DNA of 48,820 nt from Janthinobacterium sp. (lineage in GTDB: Bacteria; Pseudomonadota; Gammaproteobacteria; Burkholderiales; Burkholderiaceae_D), in assembly GCA_047623125.1 (NCBI GenBank), contig JBLHNV010000001.1, positions 1 to 48,820 on the forward strand. Reading direction: 5' to 3'. Every line of letters starts with the position of its first letter. Position 1 is the first letter of the stretch. Position numbers and translations under genes: made by a program. Positions 28,175 to 36,917 of this stretch are shown here, piece after piece. Below the pieces are notes generated by a model, which was given only the letters and a program-made list of their open reading frames with translations, had not been told where the DNA came from and did not search any database.

Positions 28175-28429
28175 ATGATCGGTTTCATGCACTACAACAA
28201 ATTCGGTACCGACGGCTTTACCGATAGCGGCAAGGCGCGCAGTGCCGCGTCAGTCCAGACCTGTCCGGTCTGCCAGCTCGTGTTCAATTCTAGCGGTGGC
28301 ACTTTGCCTGACGGAACGGTGTTGCCAAGGGAAGACTGGGTGCAGCAGGTTTGCACGGCGATCAAGGACGACACCGTCAGCGGCGGTTATCAGGCAGGTT
28401 GCTGTGCCGGTGCTTTCCCGGCGTCCTGA
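28175..28429 (+). CDS. Hypothetical 84-aa Cys-rich protein
   Basis: AGGGGA RBS; fills the gap between amiE and fmdA on the same strand; Cys at 30, 33, 60, 76, 77. Confidence 0.65.
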   Translation: MIGFMHYNKFGTDGFTDSGKARSAASVQTCPVCQLVFNSSGGTLPDGTVLPREDWVQQVCTAIKDDTVSGGYQAGCCAGAFPAS

Positions 28430-28482
28430 CGCGTCGTTTCCATTTTAGCTTCACTTTTTTTGTTACCCAACAAGGAGTCACC

Positions 28483-29658
28483 ATGCAGCACTTCACGATC
28501 AAACCCGGCGTTCCTCTTGCGCAGCAGGCAGAACTGGGTCACAACCGCTGGCATCCTGATATTCCGTTTCTGTCGCGCGTCAAAATAGGCGAGGAAATCA
28601 TCATCGAGTCGCTCGACTTTCTCGACGGACAGATCAAGGACAATGACGATGTCGCCGATGTGCGCGATGTCGACCTGACCCGCGCCCACCCATTGACTGG
28701 TCCGTTCTACATTGAAGGTGCCGAGCCTGGCGACCTGCTGGTCGTCGATTTGCTCGACATCAAGCCGATCACGCCGGTTGGCTTTTCAGGCGTCTTTGCA
28801 AAATCGAATGGCGGCGGCTTCCTGGCCGATTATTTTCCGGAACCGGCCAAGGCGATCTGGGATTTGAAAGGCTTGTACGCGACCTCGCGCCACATTCCGG
28901 GCGTGCGTATCGCCGGACTGACGCATCCGGGCTTGATGGGGTGCTTGCCGTCGATGGATTTGCTTAACGAATGGAACCGGCGCGAAGCGCCGCTGGCCAA
29001 GCTTGGACTGGCCAAACCACCCGATCCGTCGACAGCCGTGCTGCGCGGCGTGACCGGCGCTGCGTTCGACAAAATGGCAGGCGAAGCGGCGCGCACCGTG
29101 CCACCGCGCGAGCATGGCGGCAATACCGACATCAAGGACTTGTCGGCCGGCACGCGCATCTTCTTCCCGGTGTATGTGAAAGGCGCCGGATTTTCGATGG
29201 GCGACTTGCATTTTTCTCAAGGTGATGGCGAAATCGGCTTTTGTGGCGCCATTGAAATGGATGGCGCCACCCATGTCGTGTTCGATCTGATCAAGGGTGG
29301 CATGGCCAAGTACGGTTTGACCGCGCCGATTTTCTTGCCGAGCGTGGTCAAACCGCATTACAGCAAGTACATCACGTTCGAGGGCATCAGCGTCGAGAAC
29401 GGCAAAAACTATTACCTCGACGCCACCGTCGCTTATCGTCAGGCTTGCCTGAAGGCGATCGATTATCTGACCCGCTTCGGCTATACCGGACCGCAAGCGT
29501 ACATGTTGCTGACCGCCGCACCGGTCGAAGGGCGCATCGGCGGCATCGTCGATATTCCGAACTGTGCCTGCACGGTGTCGATTCCGACCGAAATTTTCGA
29601 TCAGGACATCACGCCCAAGGGCATGCTGAACGATCTGGCGCACTGGGGCAGGAAGTAA
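28483..29658 (+). CDS. fmdA: Formamidase/acetamidase (FmdA_AmdA family)
   Basis: HNRWHPDIP, HPLTGP, GAEPGD, PPREHGGNTD, GDLHFSQGDGE motifs; AAGGAG RBS. Confidence 0.92.
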   Translation: MQHFTIKPGVPLAQQAELGHNRWHPDIPFLSRVKIGEEIIIESLDFLDGQIKDNDDVADVRDVDLTRAHPLTGPFYIEGAEPGDLLVVDLLDIKPITPVGFSGVFAKSNGGGFLADYFPEPAKAIWDLKGLYATSRHIPGVRIAGLTHPGLMGCLPSMDLLNEWNRREAPLAKLGLAKPPDPSTAVLRGVTGAAFDKMAGEAARTVPPREHGGNTDIKDLSAGTRIFFPVYVKGAGFSMGDLHFSQGDGEIGFCGAIEMDGATHVVFDLIKGGMAKYGLTAPIFLPSVVKPHYSKYITFEGISVENGKNYYLDATVAYRQACLKAIDYLTRFGYTGPQAYMLLTAAPVEGRIGGIVDIPNCACTVSIPTEIFDQDITPKGMLNDLAHWGRK

Positions 29659-29680
29659 GGTCGCCAGTAAGGTCGCCAGT
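29654..29680. repeat. 12-bp tandem duplication spanning the fmdA stop codon
   Basis: AGTAAGGTCGCC x2 plus AGT. Confidence 0.85.
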
Positions 29681-29739
29681 GATTTTTCGCGGGGCCGCCG
29701 GCTCCGCACTTTTTTCAATCAGTTCGAGGAGACGACACG

Positions 29740-30039
29740 ATGCCGCTTTATGACATTCATTGCAGCGAGTGCGAAGGCATTTTCGAAAAAATGCTGCCCG
29801 TGGCCGCGCTGCACACCGCCACCATCTGCCCGTATTGCCAGCAGCAAACGCTCGCCAGACCGGCCTTGAATGCCGCCCGGGTCGGCCTGCAGATCGTCGA
29901 TTCCTGGAAGCCGCACAGTGGCGCCGAACGCCTCGCCGGCAGAGGCGTGGGCGGCGAAGGCACCAGCACCCGCCGCATCCGTAACAGCGTGCTGCACAAC
30001 TGCAAGGGTCAAAATTGCAGCATTTGCGAGTTGCCGTAA
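29740..30039 (+). CDS. fmdB: FmdB family zinc-ribbon protein
   Basis: MPLYDIHCSECEGIFE...CPYC; extra C-terminal HNCKGQNCSIC; follows fmdA. Confidence 0.85.
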   Translation: MPLYDIHCSECEGIFEKMLPVAALHTATICPYCQQQTLARPALNAARVGLQIVDSWKPHSGAERLAGRGVGGEGTSTRRIRNSVLHNCKGQNCSICELP

Positions 30040-30129
30040 CACCGGTTGGCGTATCCTTGTTAGGCCAGTTCGATCAACTCGATTGCATCGCCCATGCCTG
30101 CGTTTGTCGAGCAGCCGATGCCAAATTTT

Positions 30130-31134
30130 TTATTCAGAGCGGGCTGCCGGATGCAAACTGGCCCACAGATGCGCTGCCGCCATGCTCCTGTGCGGCCGGT
30201 AGCGCTCCAGCATGGCCTGCGCGCAGGCGATTGCCGGTTTTTCCGCTGCGCCTTTCAAGCGCTGCAGCGCGAGCCGGACCGCGCCGTCACCGTGCAGTGA
30301 GCAATCCGCCGCGCCATAGCCGCGCAGCAGCGTGTAGTTGACGCTCCACGGACCGATGCCCTTGATGGCGAGCAGCGCTGGGGCGATCTGGTCCGGCGCC
30401 AGCGACAGGTCCAGTTGGCCGCTCTCTGTCAGGCGCGCGATGCGCAGCAGCGTGTCGGCCTTGGCGCGTGAAAATTTGCGGCTGGTCAGCGCATCAAGGT
30501 TCAGGCGCGCCACGTCACATGCTTCCGGGTAGCAGCACAGGCCGCTGCTGTGGGGGCGCCCGGCTTGCTGGATCAGGGTGCGGCGCAGCGCAATCGCAAA
30601 CGACAAATTGATTTGCTGGCCGATGATGGCCCAGCTCACAGCTTCGAAGATGCTGGCCGCCTGCACGATGCGCAATCCCGGCTGGTTCCGCACCAGCGGC
30701 CCGAGCAGCGTATCGCTGCTGGCGAGCGCGAGAAACGGCTCAGGAGCGATGCGCAAACCCAGCATGCCCGGCAGCGCAGCGCGCGCTTTTTCGATGGCGC
30801 CAGCGGGCAGAGCGCCATCGGCTTGCAAGGTGCAGATGGCATGCTGGTCATGCAGCGCGATATCGACGACGACGGCTACGCCGCGCAGCAGCATGCCTTT
30901 GCGGATGCGGGTCGGGCCGGCCTCAGACGCTGGCGCCGGATCCGGTTGTGATTCCACTCTGGAATTGCGCTGCAAAGCCGGCTTCAAAGCCGGCGTTAAA
31001 ATCGAGCCCGGAATCATCTGCTCGGCGCAGCCTTCCTTGTCGCGCGCGTGGAAGGCCAGCACGTCGCGCTGCTGGTAGCCGGGCGGCAGCGCAATGCTGA
31101 TACTACGCGCGCAGTCGATGACGTTGCGAGGCAC
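30130..31134 (-). CDS. DNA-3-methyladenine glycosylase II / AlkA-like (HhH-GPD)
   Basis: FEAVSWAIIGQQI, LLAIKGIGPWS HhH motif, YRPHRS; no Ada domain; GTG start. Confidence 0.82.
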   Translation of the reverse strand: MPRNVIDCARSISIALPPGYQQRDVLAFHARDKEGCAEQMIPGSILTPALKPALQRNSRVESQPDPAPASEAGPTRIRKGMLLRGVAVVVDIALHDQHAICTLQADGALPAGAIEKARAALPGMLGLRIAPEPFLALASSDTLLGPLVRNQPGLRIVQAASIFEAVSWAIIGQQINLSFAIALRRTLIQQAGRPHSSGLCCYPEACDVARLNLDALTSRKFSRAKADTLLRIARLTESGQLDLSLAPDQIAPALLAIKGIGPWSVNYTLLRGYGAADCSLHGDGAVRLALQRLKGAAEKPAIACAQAMLERYRPHRSMAAAHLWASLHPAARSE

Positions 31135-31135
31135 G

Positions 31136-32035
31136 CTAGCGCGCTCCCGCCTTGCGCAGCCAAGCCAGGTTGGGCCTGATGCCGGTGACCAGCGCGGTGC
31201 CGGTAATGATGATCGCCGATCCCACGATCGTGTACCAGCCTATCGTTTCGGACAGGAACAGGTGGCCCCAAAGGATGCCGAACAGCGGTACCAGAAAAGT
31301 CACCGTTAGCGCCGACGTGGCACCGACGTCTTGCACCAGGCGGAAATACAGCAGGTAGGCGACGCCGCTGCATAGCACGCCCAGCGCCAGCATTGCGCCC
31401 ATCACGCCGATGCCCGGGGTCGCCGGCGCCGGGAACAACGGCAGCAGCGGCAGCACCAGCAAGGTCGCCGCCCACATGCTGCCATGCGCATTGGCGAACG
31501 GTTCGATCGCTGTCGCCGACCTTGCCGCATTGGCATAGGTGGTCGCTATTCCGTACGAAAATGCCGCCAGCAGCGCGGCCATGATGGCGGGCAGTGCGCC
31601 GGCCTGGGTTGCGATCCGGTCGAAGCCGACCAGCAATGCGACGCCTGATATGCCCAGAAGCAGGCCGACGATGGTGCGCGGCGCCAGCGCCTTGCGCATC
31701 CAGCATGCAGCGATCAGGGCGCCCCAGATCGGCGCCGTGGCATTAAGCACTGACAGTATCGAGGCCGACAGGCTTTGCGCTGCATAGGCGTATAACAGGA
31801 AGGGCAGCGCCGAATTGAAGCAACCCAGCATCAGGTAATGCTTCCAGTGCTGACGCAGGTTCAGCGATTTTTTCAGCAGCAGCGCGACGATGGACAGGAA
31901 AATCGCAGCGAATCCGACCCGGTATTCGATCGTCACGGCCGGCCCCAGCACGGGTGCGCCTATGCGCATGAACAAGAAGGATGCACCCCAGATCGCAGCC
32001 AGCAGCAGCAGGCGCAGGAAACTTGCCGGATTCAT
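31136..32035 (-). CDS. DMT/EamA family transporter
   Basis: LAAIWGASFLFMR, NSALPF, VTFLVP motifs. Confidence 0.9.
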   Translation of the reverse strand: MNPASFLRLLLLAAIWGASFLFMRIGAPVLGPAVTIEYRVGFAAIFLSIVALLLKKSLNLRQHWKHYLMLGCFNSALPFLLYAYAAQSLSASILSVLNATAPIWGALIAACWMRKALAPRTIVGLLLGISGVALLVGFDRIATQAGALPAIMAALLAAFSYGIATTYANAARSATAIEPFANAHGSMWAATLLVLPLLPLFPAPATPGIGVMGAMLALGVLCSGVAYLLYFRLVQDVGATSALTVTFLVPLFGILWGHLFLSETIGWYTIVGSAIIITGTALVTGIRPNLAWLRKAGAR

Positions 32036-32066
32036 CGCGCTGCAGTGACCGGCTCAGGTCCGAGCT

Positions 32067-33077
32067 TCAGGTCAGCGCGCAAGCGACGACGCCAGGTTCG
32101 GTCGGCGCAGCGGCGTGCGCGATTTGCAGCGAGGCCGGCACACCGTTCTTGATGGCGGTCATTTCGGCCATGATCGAAATGGCGATTTCGGCCGGCGTCT
32201 TGCTGCCGATGTAGAGTCCGATCGGGCCGTGCAGGCGCGCCACCTGTTCTGCGCTGACGTCGAACTGGAGCAGGCGCTCGCGCCGGTTCGCGTGGTTGAC
32301 GCGCGAACCGATGGCGCCGACATAAAATGCCTTTGATGTCAGCGCTTCCATCAGTGCCAGGTCGTCCAGCTTCGGATCGTGGGTCAGCGCGACGACGGCG
32401 CTGCGCGCATCGAGCCGGACCTCTTGCATCAGGTCGTCGGGCATCGTGTGCACCAGTTCGACGCCATCGACTTGCCAGCCGGCGCGGTATTCTTCACGCG
32501 GATCGCAGACGATGACGTGGTAATCCATCGCCGTCGCGATCTGCGCCAGAAAGCGCGACAATGGACCGGCGCCGATGATGAACAAGCGCCAGCGCGGACC
32601 GTGCAGCGTGATCAAGGCATCAAGCGACAATTGCTGCGTAGCGCCGGCTTCCGCGGTGGCCAGCGTCACCGCGCCGGTGGCCAGGTCGAGGCGGCGCGCC
32701 ACCAGTTCATGCTGCGCCAGTCGCTCCAGCAATTCGGCAATCCGGCTGTGCCGGGTCAGTGTTTCGATGGCCAGTTCGATGGTGCCGCCGCACGGCAGGC
32801 CGAAGCTGCGCGCCTGATCAGCGCTGATGCCATAGCTGACGATGTCGGGAACGGTGTTGTCGATGCCGTGTTCACGCATGCGCGCCATCAGGTCATCTTC
32901 GATGCAACCGCCAGACACCGAGCCGGTTACGCGGCCATCGTCCCTGATGGCGAGCATGGCGCCGATCGGGCGCGGGCTGGAACCCCAGGTCTTGATGACG
33001 GTGACGAGTTGGCAGCGATGGCCTGCGTCTATCCATTGCGCGCTGGTTTTCAGGACTTCGAGATCGATGCTATCCAT
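32067..33077 (-). CDS. XdhC/CoxI family molybdoenzyme accessory protein
   Basis: TWGSSPRP, GSVSGGCIE, LPCGG, LTHDPKLDD, GPIGLYIGSKTPAEIA motifs. Confidence 0.92.
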   Translation of the reverse strand: MDSIDLEVLKTSAQWIDAGHRCQLVTVIKTWGSSPRPIGAMLAIRDDGRVTGSVSGGCIEDDLMARMREHGIDNTVPDIVSYGISADQARSFGLPCGGTIELAIETLTRHSRIAELLERLAQHELVARRLDLATGAVTLATAEAGATQQLSLDALITLHGPRWRLFIIGAGPLSRFLAQIATAMDYHVIVCDPREEYRAGWQVDGVELVHTMPDDLMQEVRLDARSAVVALTHDPKLDDLALMEALTSKAFYVGAIGSRVNHANRRERLLQFDVSAEQVARLHGPIGLYIGSKTPAEIAISIMAEMTAIKNGVPASLQIAHAAAPTEPGVVACALT

Positions 33078-33156
33078 CGGGGTAGCGCTCCTTTCTTGTG
33101 TGCTTGAATCAACCGTGGAATATACTACGGGCTTGCAAAGCTTGCTGAGAGAGACA

Positions 33157-33351
33157 ATGACACGCCAGACCGAAGATCAAGTTGAAGTGGAAGACGACAT
33201 AAAAGATGACGTCGATGATGGTGATGATGGTGATGATGGTGAGCCGAAGTTCGGACGGCTGCTGATTTTTTTGATACTCGCCGTCATTTTTTGCGGCGTG
33301 CTGACCTGGGTCATGGGGCATTACTTCCCTGATTTCCCGAATTTCAGCTGA
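33157..33351 (+). CDS. Small acidic single-pass membrane protein (64 aa)
   Basis: GAGAGA RBS; Asp/Glu-rich N-terminus, one TM helix (LLIFLILAVIFCGVLTWVM); strong hairpin downstream. Confidence 0.6.
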   Translation: MTRQTEDQVEVEDDIKDDVDDGDDGDDGEPKFGRLLIFLILAVIFCGVLTWVMGHYFPDFPNFS

Positions 33352-33395
33352 CACTGCGTCCTCGCTGCAACGGTTTTAGCCGTCAAGTTGCTGCC

Positions 33396-33431
33396 GGCAT
33401 GGCCAGTCGCGGATGCCCGACTGGCCATGCC
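33396..33431. terminator. Perfect 14-bp inverted repeat between convergent genes
   Basis: GGCATGGCCAGTCG-N8-CGACTGGCCATGCC; no T tail. Confidence 0.6.
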
Positions 33432-33434
33432 TGA

Positions 33435-34550
33435 TCAGGGCTGCAGCGGTTCGCGGCTGGCTTGCTTGGACTTGATCTCGGCGACGGTTGCGTCGATCGC
33501 CGTGACCCGGTAAGCGATATCCGGATGGTTGGCCGTATAGCTGTTCATCATGCTTGCCGGGTAGGCGCTGGCCAGGCGTTGCCAGAACGGTGCCACCTGG
33601 TTGATGTCGTAGCCGGCGCGTGCCAGCAGGTACAACGCCAGACTGTCGGCATCGGCATCGCGCTGCTGCGGCATCACCTTGATCCCCGCGCTGCCGATCA
33701 GCATCGACAAGTCGGGGTGCACGCTGGCCAGATTGTCGATGATGCCGGCCAGCGTGGCTGACGAGTTCTGCTTCGACGGATGCTCCAGAATATTGTGCGC
33801 CATGTCTTTTGCCATCACGTAAGCGATTTCGGTATTGTTCCTGGTGAAATTGATCATGCCGCGCGTGAGCATCACGCGCTGGCCATCGGCATAGGAATTG
33901 ATGTTATCCGCATTGCCCAGTTCAATCCGGAACGCGCAGGTGCGCGTGATCGGCACGTTCAGCACCATTTCTTCCTGGCCGCGTGCGATCGTCATCTTCA
34001 GCGTCGAGCGCTTGCGCAGCAGCGGTCCGAGCACTCCGGCAGCGCCGGTTTCGGCGCCAGGGCCGGTCGGCAGCGGCTGGCCTTCGGCTGAGATCAAACC
34101 ATCGCCCTCGCGCAGGCCGGCCCGCGCCGCGCCGCTGCCGGCCAGCACGTTCGATACCTGCAGCCGGTCGTCGTAGCCGAGCACCGCTTGCGCCGCTTCG
34201 GCATAGTCGCCGGGAAAAGAGAATTTATTCTTGGCAGTGAAGCCAAGCAGGCTGCGCGCCTGTGTCTTGCACAGATCGGCATTGATGATCAACAGCGGTG
34301 CGGCGACCATATAGAGTCTGTCCTGCAGCGCCACCATCTGGCGCAATTCATCGCTGGCGGTGCGCATTTGCGCGCTGCTCATGGTGTCTGTATTGCCATT
34401 GCCATTGCCATTGCCACTGCCACTGCTGTTCTCGCCGGGCAGCAGGACGCTGGCGCAAGCCGACAGCAGCAGGGCCAGCGCCACTGCGGCAACGCGGGTC
34501 CCCCATCTTGCATGAGGCATGTAGCGCATCGACACTCTTGGGTCAGGCAT
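33435..34550 (-). CDS. Lipoprotein with PDZ + peptidase M48-like domains; zinc motif degenerate
   Basis: LSAC lipobox; GSGAARAGLREGD PDZ; INSYADG, EIAYVMAKDMAHN, DAD...AGYD, HP M48 pattern; start uncertain. Confidence 0.8.
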   Translation of the reverse strand: MPDPRVSMRYMPHARWGTRVAAVALALLLSACASVLLPGENSSGSGNGNGNGNTDTMSSAQMRTASDELRQMVALQDRLYMVAAPLLIINADLCKTQARSLLGFTAKNKFSFPGDYAEAAQAVLGYDDRLQVSNVLAGSGAARAGLREGDGLISAEGQPLPTGPGAETGAAGVLGPLLRKRSTLKMTIARGQEEMVLNVPITRTCAFRIELGNADNINSYADGQRVMLTRGMINFTRNNTEIAYVMAKDMAHNILEHPSKQNSSATLAGIIDNLASVHPDLSMLIGSAGIKVMPQQRDADADSLALYLLARAGYDINQVAPFWQRLASAYPASMMNSYTANHPDIAYRVTAIDATVAEIKSKQASREPLQP

Positions 34551-34558
34551 GAATATCC

Positions 34559-35008
34559 TTAATGTTTGCCGGTGCTGCCAAAACCGCCGGTACCGCGCTC
34601 GCTGGTATCGAATTCATCGACGATATTGAATCCCACTTGCAGCACCGGAACGATGATCAATTGCGCCAGCCGTTCCATCGGAGTGAGGGTGAATGCATGC
34701 GATCCCCTGTTCCACGTCGATACCATCAGCTGGCCCTGATAGTCGGAATCGATCAACCCTACCAGATTGCCCAGCACAATGCCGTTCTTGTGGCCCATGC
34801 CGCTGCGCGGCAAGATCATCGCGCAATAGCCGGGATCGCCGATGCAGATCGCCAGTCCGGTCGGGATCAGGATGGTCTGGCCGGGTTCTATCGTGACCGG
34901 CGCATCTATGCAGGCGCGCAGATCGAGGCCGGCGCTGCCGGGGGTGGCGTAGGCTGGCAAATGCTCTTGCATGCGCGGGTCGAGGATCTTGATGTCGATG
35001 GATTTCAT
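34559..35008 (-). CDS. dut: dUTP diphosphatase
   Basis: [29 protein letters not shown] motifs. Confidence 0.97.
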   Translation of the reverse strand: MKSIDIKILDPRMQEHLPAYATPGSAGLDLRACIDAPVTIEPGQTILIPTGLAICIGDPGYCAMILPRSGMGHKNGIVLGNLVGLIDSDYQGQLMVSTWNRGSHAFTLTPMERLAQLIIVPVLQVGFNIVDEFDTSERGTGGFGSTGKH

Positions 35009-35078
35009 GTTCAGGTCATTTTCATGTTTGGTGCATTCGTTGTAGGCATTTTGCTGCCGCTTTATTGTTGCCGCGTGA

Positions 35079-36290
35079 TCACTTCTTTGCGGCCATCCGC
35101 AGCGCTATTTCTGCCACCAGCATGCGCGCCAGCGTCAGCTTGTCGGCGCGCTCAAGCACGCTGTGGCCCTGCTCGTCGAACAGCATGACGGCATTGTCGT
35201 CACGCCCAAAGGTGTCGTGGCCAATGTTGCCAATGAGCAGAGGAATATCTTTTTTCTCGCGCTTGCGCGCGCCGTATTCGACCAGATTTTCCGATTCTGC
35301 CGCGAAGCCGACGCAATACGGTGCGCCTGCCAGTTTGGCCTTGGTGGCGACGGTGGCCAGGATATCGGGGTTTTGCGCGAACTGCAGTGCCGGCGGCGTG
35401 CCGCCTGGCTGCTTCTTCATTTTCTGCGCGCTGGCATTGACGACGCGCCAGTCGGCCACGGCAGCCACGGCAATGAACAGGTGCCTGCTCTCCACATTCG
35501 CCATGACGGCATCAAACATCTGCTGCGCGCTTTGCACGGCGATGCAGCGCACGCCGGTTGGTACATTCAGTGCTGTCGGGCCGGACACCAGCGTCACATC
35601 GGCGCCCGCTTCCTGCGCCGCGCGCGCCAAGGCATAACCCATTTTTCCGGACGATAAATTGGTTATGCCGCGCACCGGATCGATGGCTTCGAAAGTCGGA
35701 CCGGCCGTGATCAGAACGCGCTTGCCAGCGAGCACCTTGGGCTGGAACAGCGCCACCATGGCATCGTGTAATTGCTGCGCTTCCAGCATCCGACCCAGGC
35801 CCGTTTCGCCGCAAGCCTGGGCACCGGCGCCCGGGCCGAGGATGAGGATGCCATCCTCGGCCAGTTGCTTGCGATTGCGCTGCGTGGCCGGGTTTTGCCA
35901 CATTTCCAGGTTCATCGCCGGCGCCACCAGCAGCGGCAACTGGCGCGGGCGGGCCAGGCATAGTGTTGACAGCAAGTCGTCGCAGACGCCATGCGCAAGC
36001 TTGGACATGAAGTCAGCCGAGCAGGGAGCGATCAGGATCGCATCGGCGCCGCGCGTCAAGTCGATATGCGCCATGTTGTTATCGACGCGCGGATCCCACT
36101 GGCTGGTGTAGACCGGATTGCCTGATAACGCCTGCATCGTCACTGCCGTGATGAAGTGGCTGGCCGCATCCGTCATCACGACGTGCACCGAGGCGCCGCT
36201 GCCGACCAGCAAGCGGCACAGCTCGGCCGCTTTGTAGCAGGCGACACCGCCAGACAGGCTGAGGATGATTTTCTTGCCCGATAGTTGCAT
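35079..36290 (-). CDS. coaBC: Bifunctional PPC decarboxylase/synthetase
   Basis: [41 protein letters not shown] motifs. Confidence 0.96.
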   Translation of the reverse strand: MQLSGKKIILSLSGGVACYKAAELCRLLVGSGASVHVVMTDAASHFITAVTMQALSGNPVYTSQWDPRVDNNMAHIDLTRGADAILIAPCSADFMSKLAHGVCDDLLSTLCLARPRQLPLLVAPAMNLEMWQNPATQRNRKQLAEDGILILGPGAGAQACGETGLGRMLEAQQLHDAMVALFQPKVLAGKRVLITAGPTFEAIDPVRGITNLSSGKMGYALARAAQEAGADVTLVSGPTALNVPTGVRCIAVQSAQQMFDAVMANVESRHLFIAVAAVADWRVVNASAQKMKKQPGGTPPALQFAQNPDILATVATKAKLAGAPYCVGFAAESENLVEYGARKREKKDIPLLIGNIGHDTFGRDDNAVMLFDEQGHSVLERADKLTLARMLVAEIALRMAAKK

Positions 36291-36314
36291 TGCGACTCCT
36301 TGCTTTGATTGGCT

Positions 36315-36818
36315 CTATTTGTTCACGCGCCGCAATTCATCGATGATGAACAGCAGCGCGCCGATCGAAATGGTCGCATCGGCGACATTGAAAGCGGGGA
36401 AGTGACCCCAGCTGTGCCAGTGGAAATCGAGGAAGTCGATGACGTGGCCGTACATGATGCGGTCGATCACGTTGCCGATCGCGCCACCCAAAATGAGCGC
36501 CAGCGCCCAGCAAAACAGCCGCTGTCCGGCGTGCTTCTTGAGCAGATAGATAATGAATACCACTGCGATCAGCGCGATCGCCGTAAAAAAATAGCGCTGC
36601 CAGCCGCCTTCGTTGGACAGAAAACTGAATGCCGCGCCGCGGTTATACGCGAGCACCAGATTGAAAAACGACGTCACGACGCGCTCTTCGCCGAACACGA
36701 ACAGTTTGTTGACGGTGATCTTGGTGATCTGGTCGATCAAGGTGATGATGGCAGCGATGCTCAGCCACGGTAGCATGCTCGATTGCGGTTTCGTTGAAAA
36801 TCGGTTCTTGTTGGCCAT
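36315..36818 (-). CDS. lspA: Lipoprotein signal peptidase II
   Basis: [32 protein letters not shown] motifs. Confidence 0.96.
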   Translation of the reverse strand: MANKNRFSTKPQSSMLPWLSIAAIITLIDQITKITVNKLFVFGEERVVTSFFNLVLAYNRGAAFSFLSNEGGWQRYFFTAIALIAVVFIIYLLKKHAGQRLFCWALALILGGAIGNVIDRIMYGHVIDFLDFHWHSWGHFPAFNVADATISIGALLFIIDELRRVNK

Positions 36819-36875
36819 GGAATTCCAGATCGAGGGTTGGTGCCCTGTTGCGCATGCGCATGCGCCGGGGCGTGG

Positions 36876-36907
36876 CGATGGTCGCGGCTGTGAAGCCGCG
36901 GCCATCG
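36876..36907. repeat. 14-bp stem-loop between ileS and lspA (REP-like)
   Basis: CGATGGTCGCGGCT-GTGA-AGCCGCGGCCATCG. Confidence 0.6.
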
Positions 36908-36917
36908 TTCGTCATCT

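Noticed and set aside
28175-28429. RiPP precursor interpretation of the 84-aa Cys-rich ORF
   Set aside because: No radical SAM, YcaO, LanM, peptidase or exporter genes nearby.
17069-33431. tRNA-anchored genomic island or integrative element
   Set aside because: Accessory-looking genes follow the tRNA, but I found no integrase, no transposase and no duplicate of the tRNA 3' end; composition looks similar to the flanks by eye.
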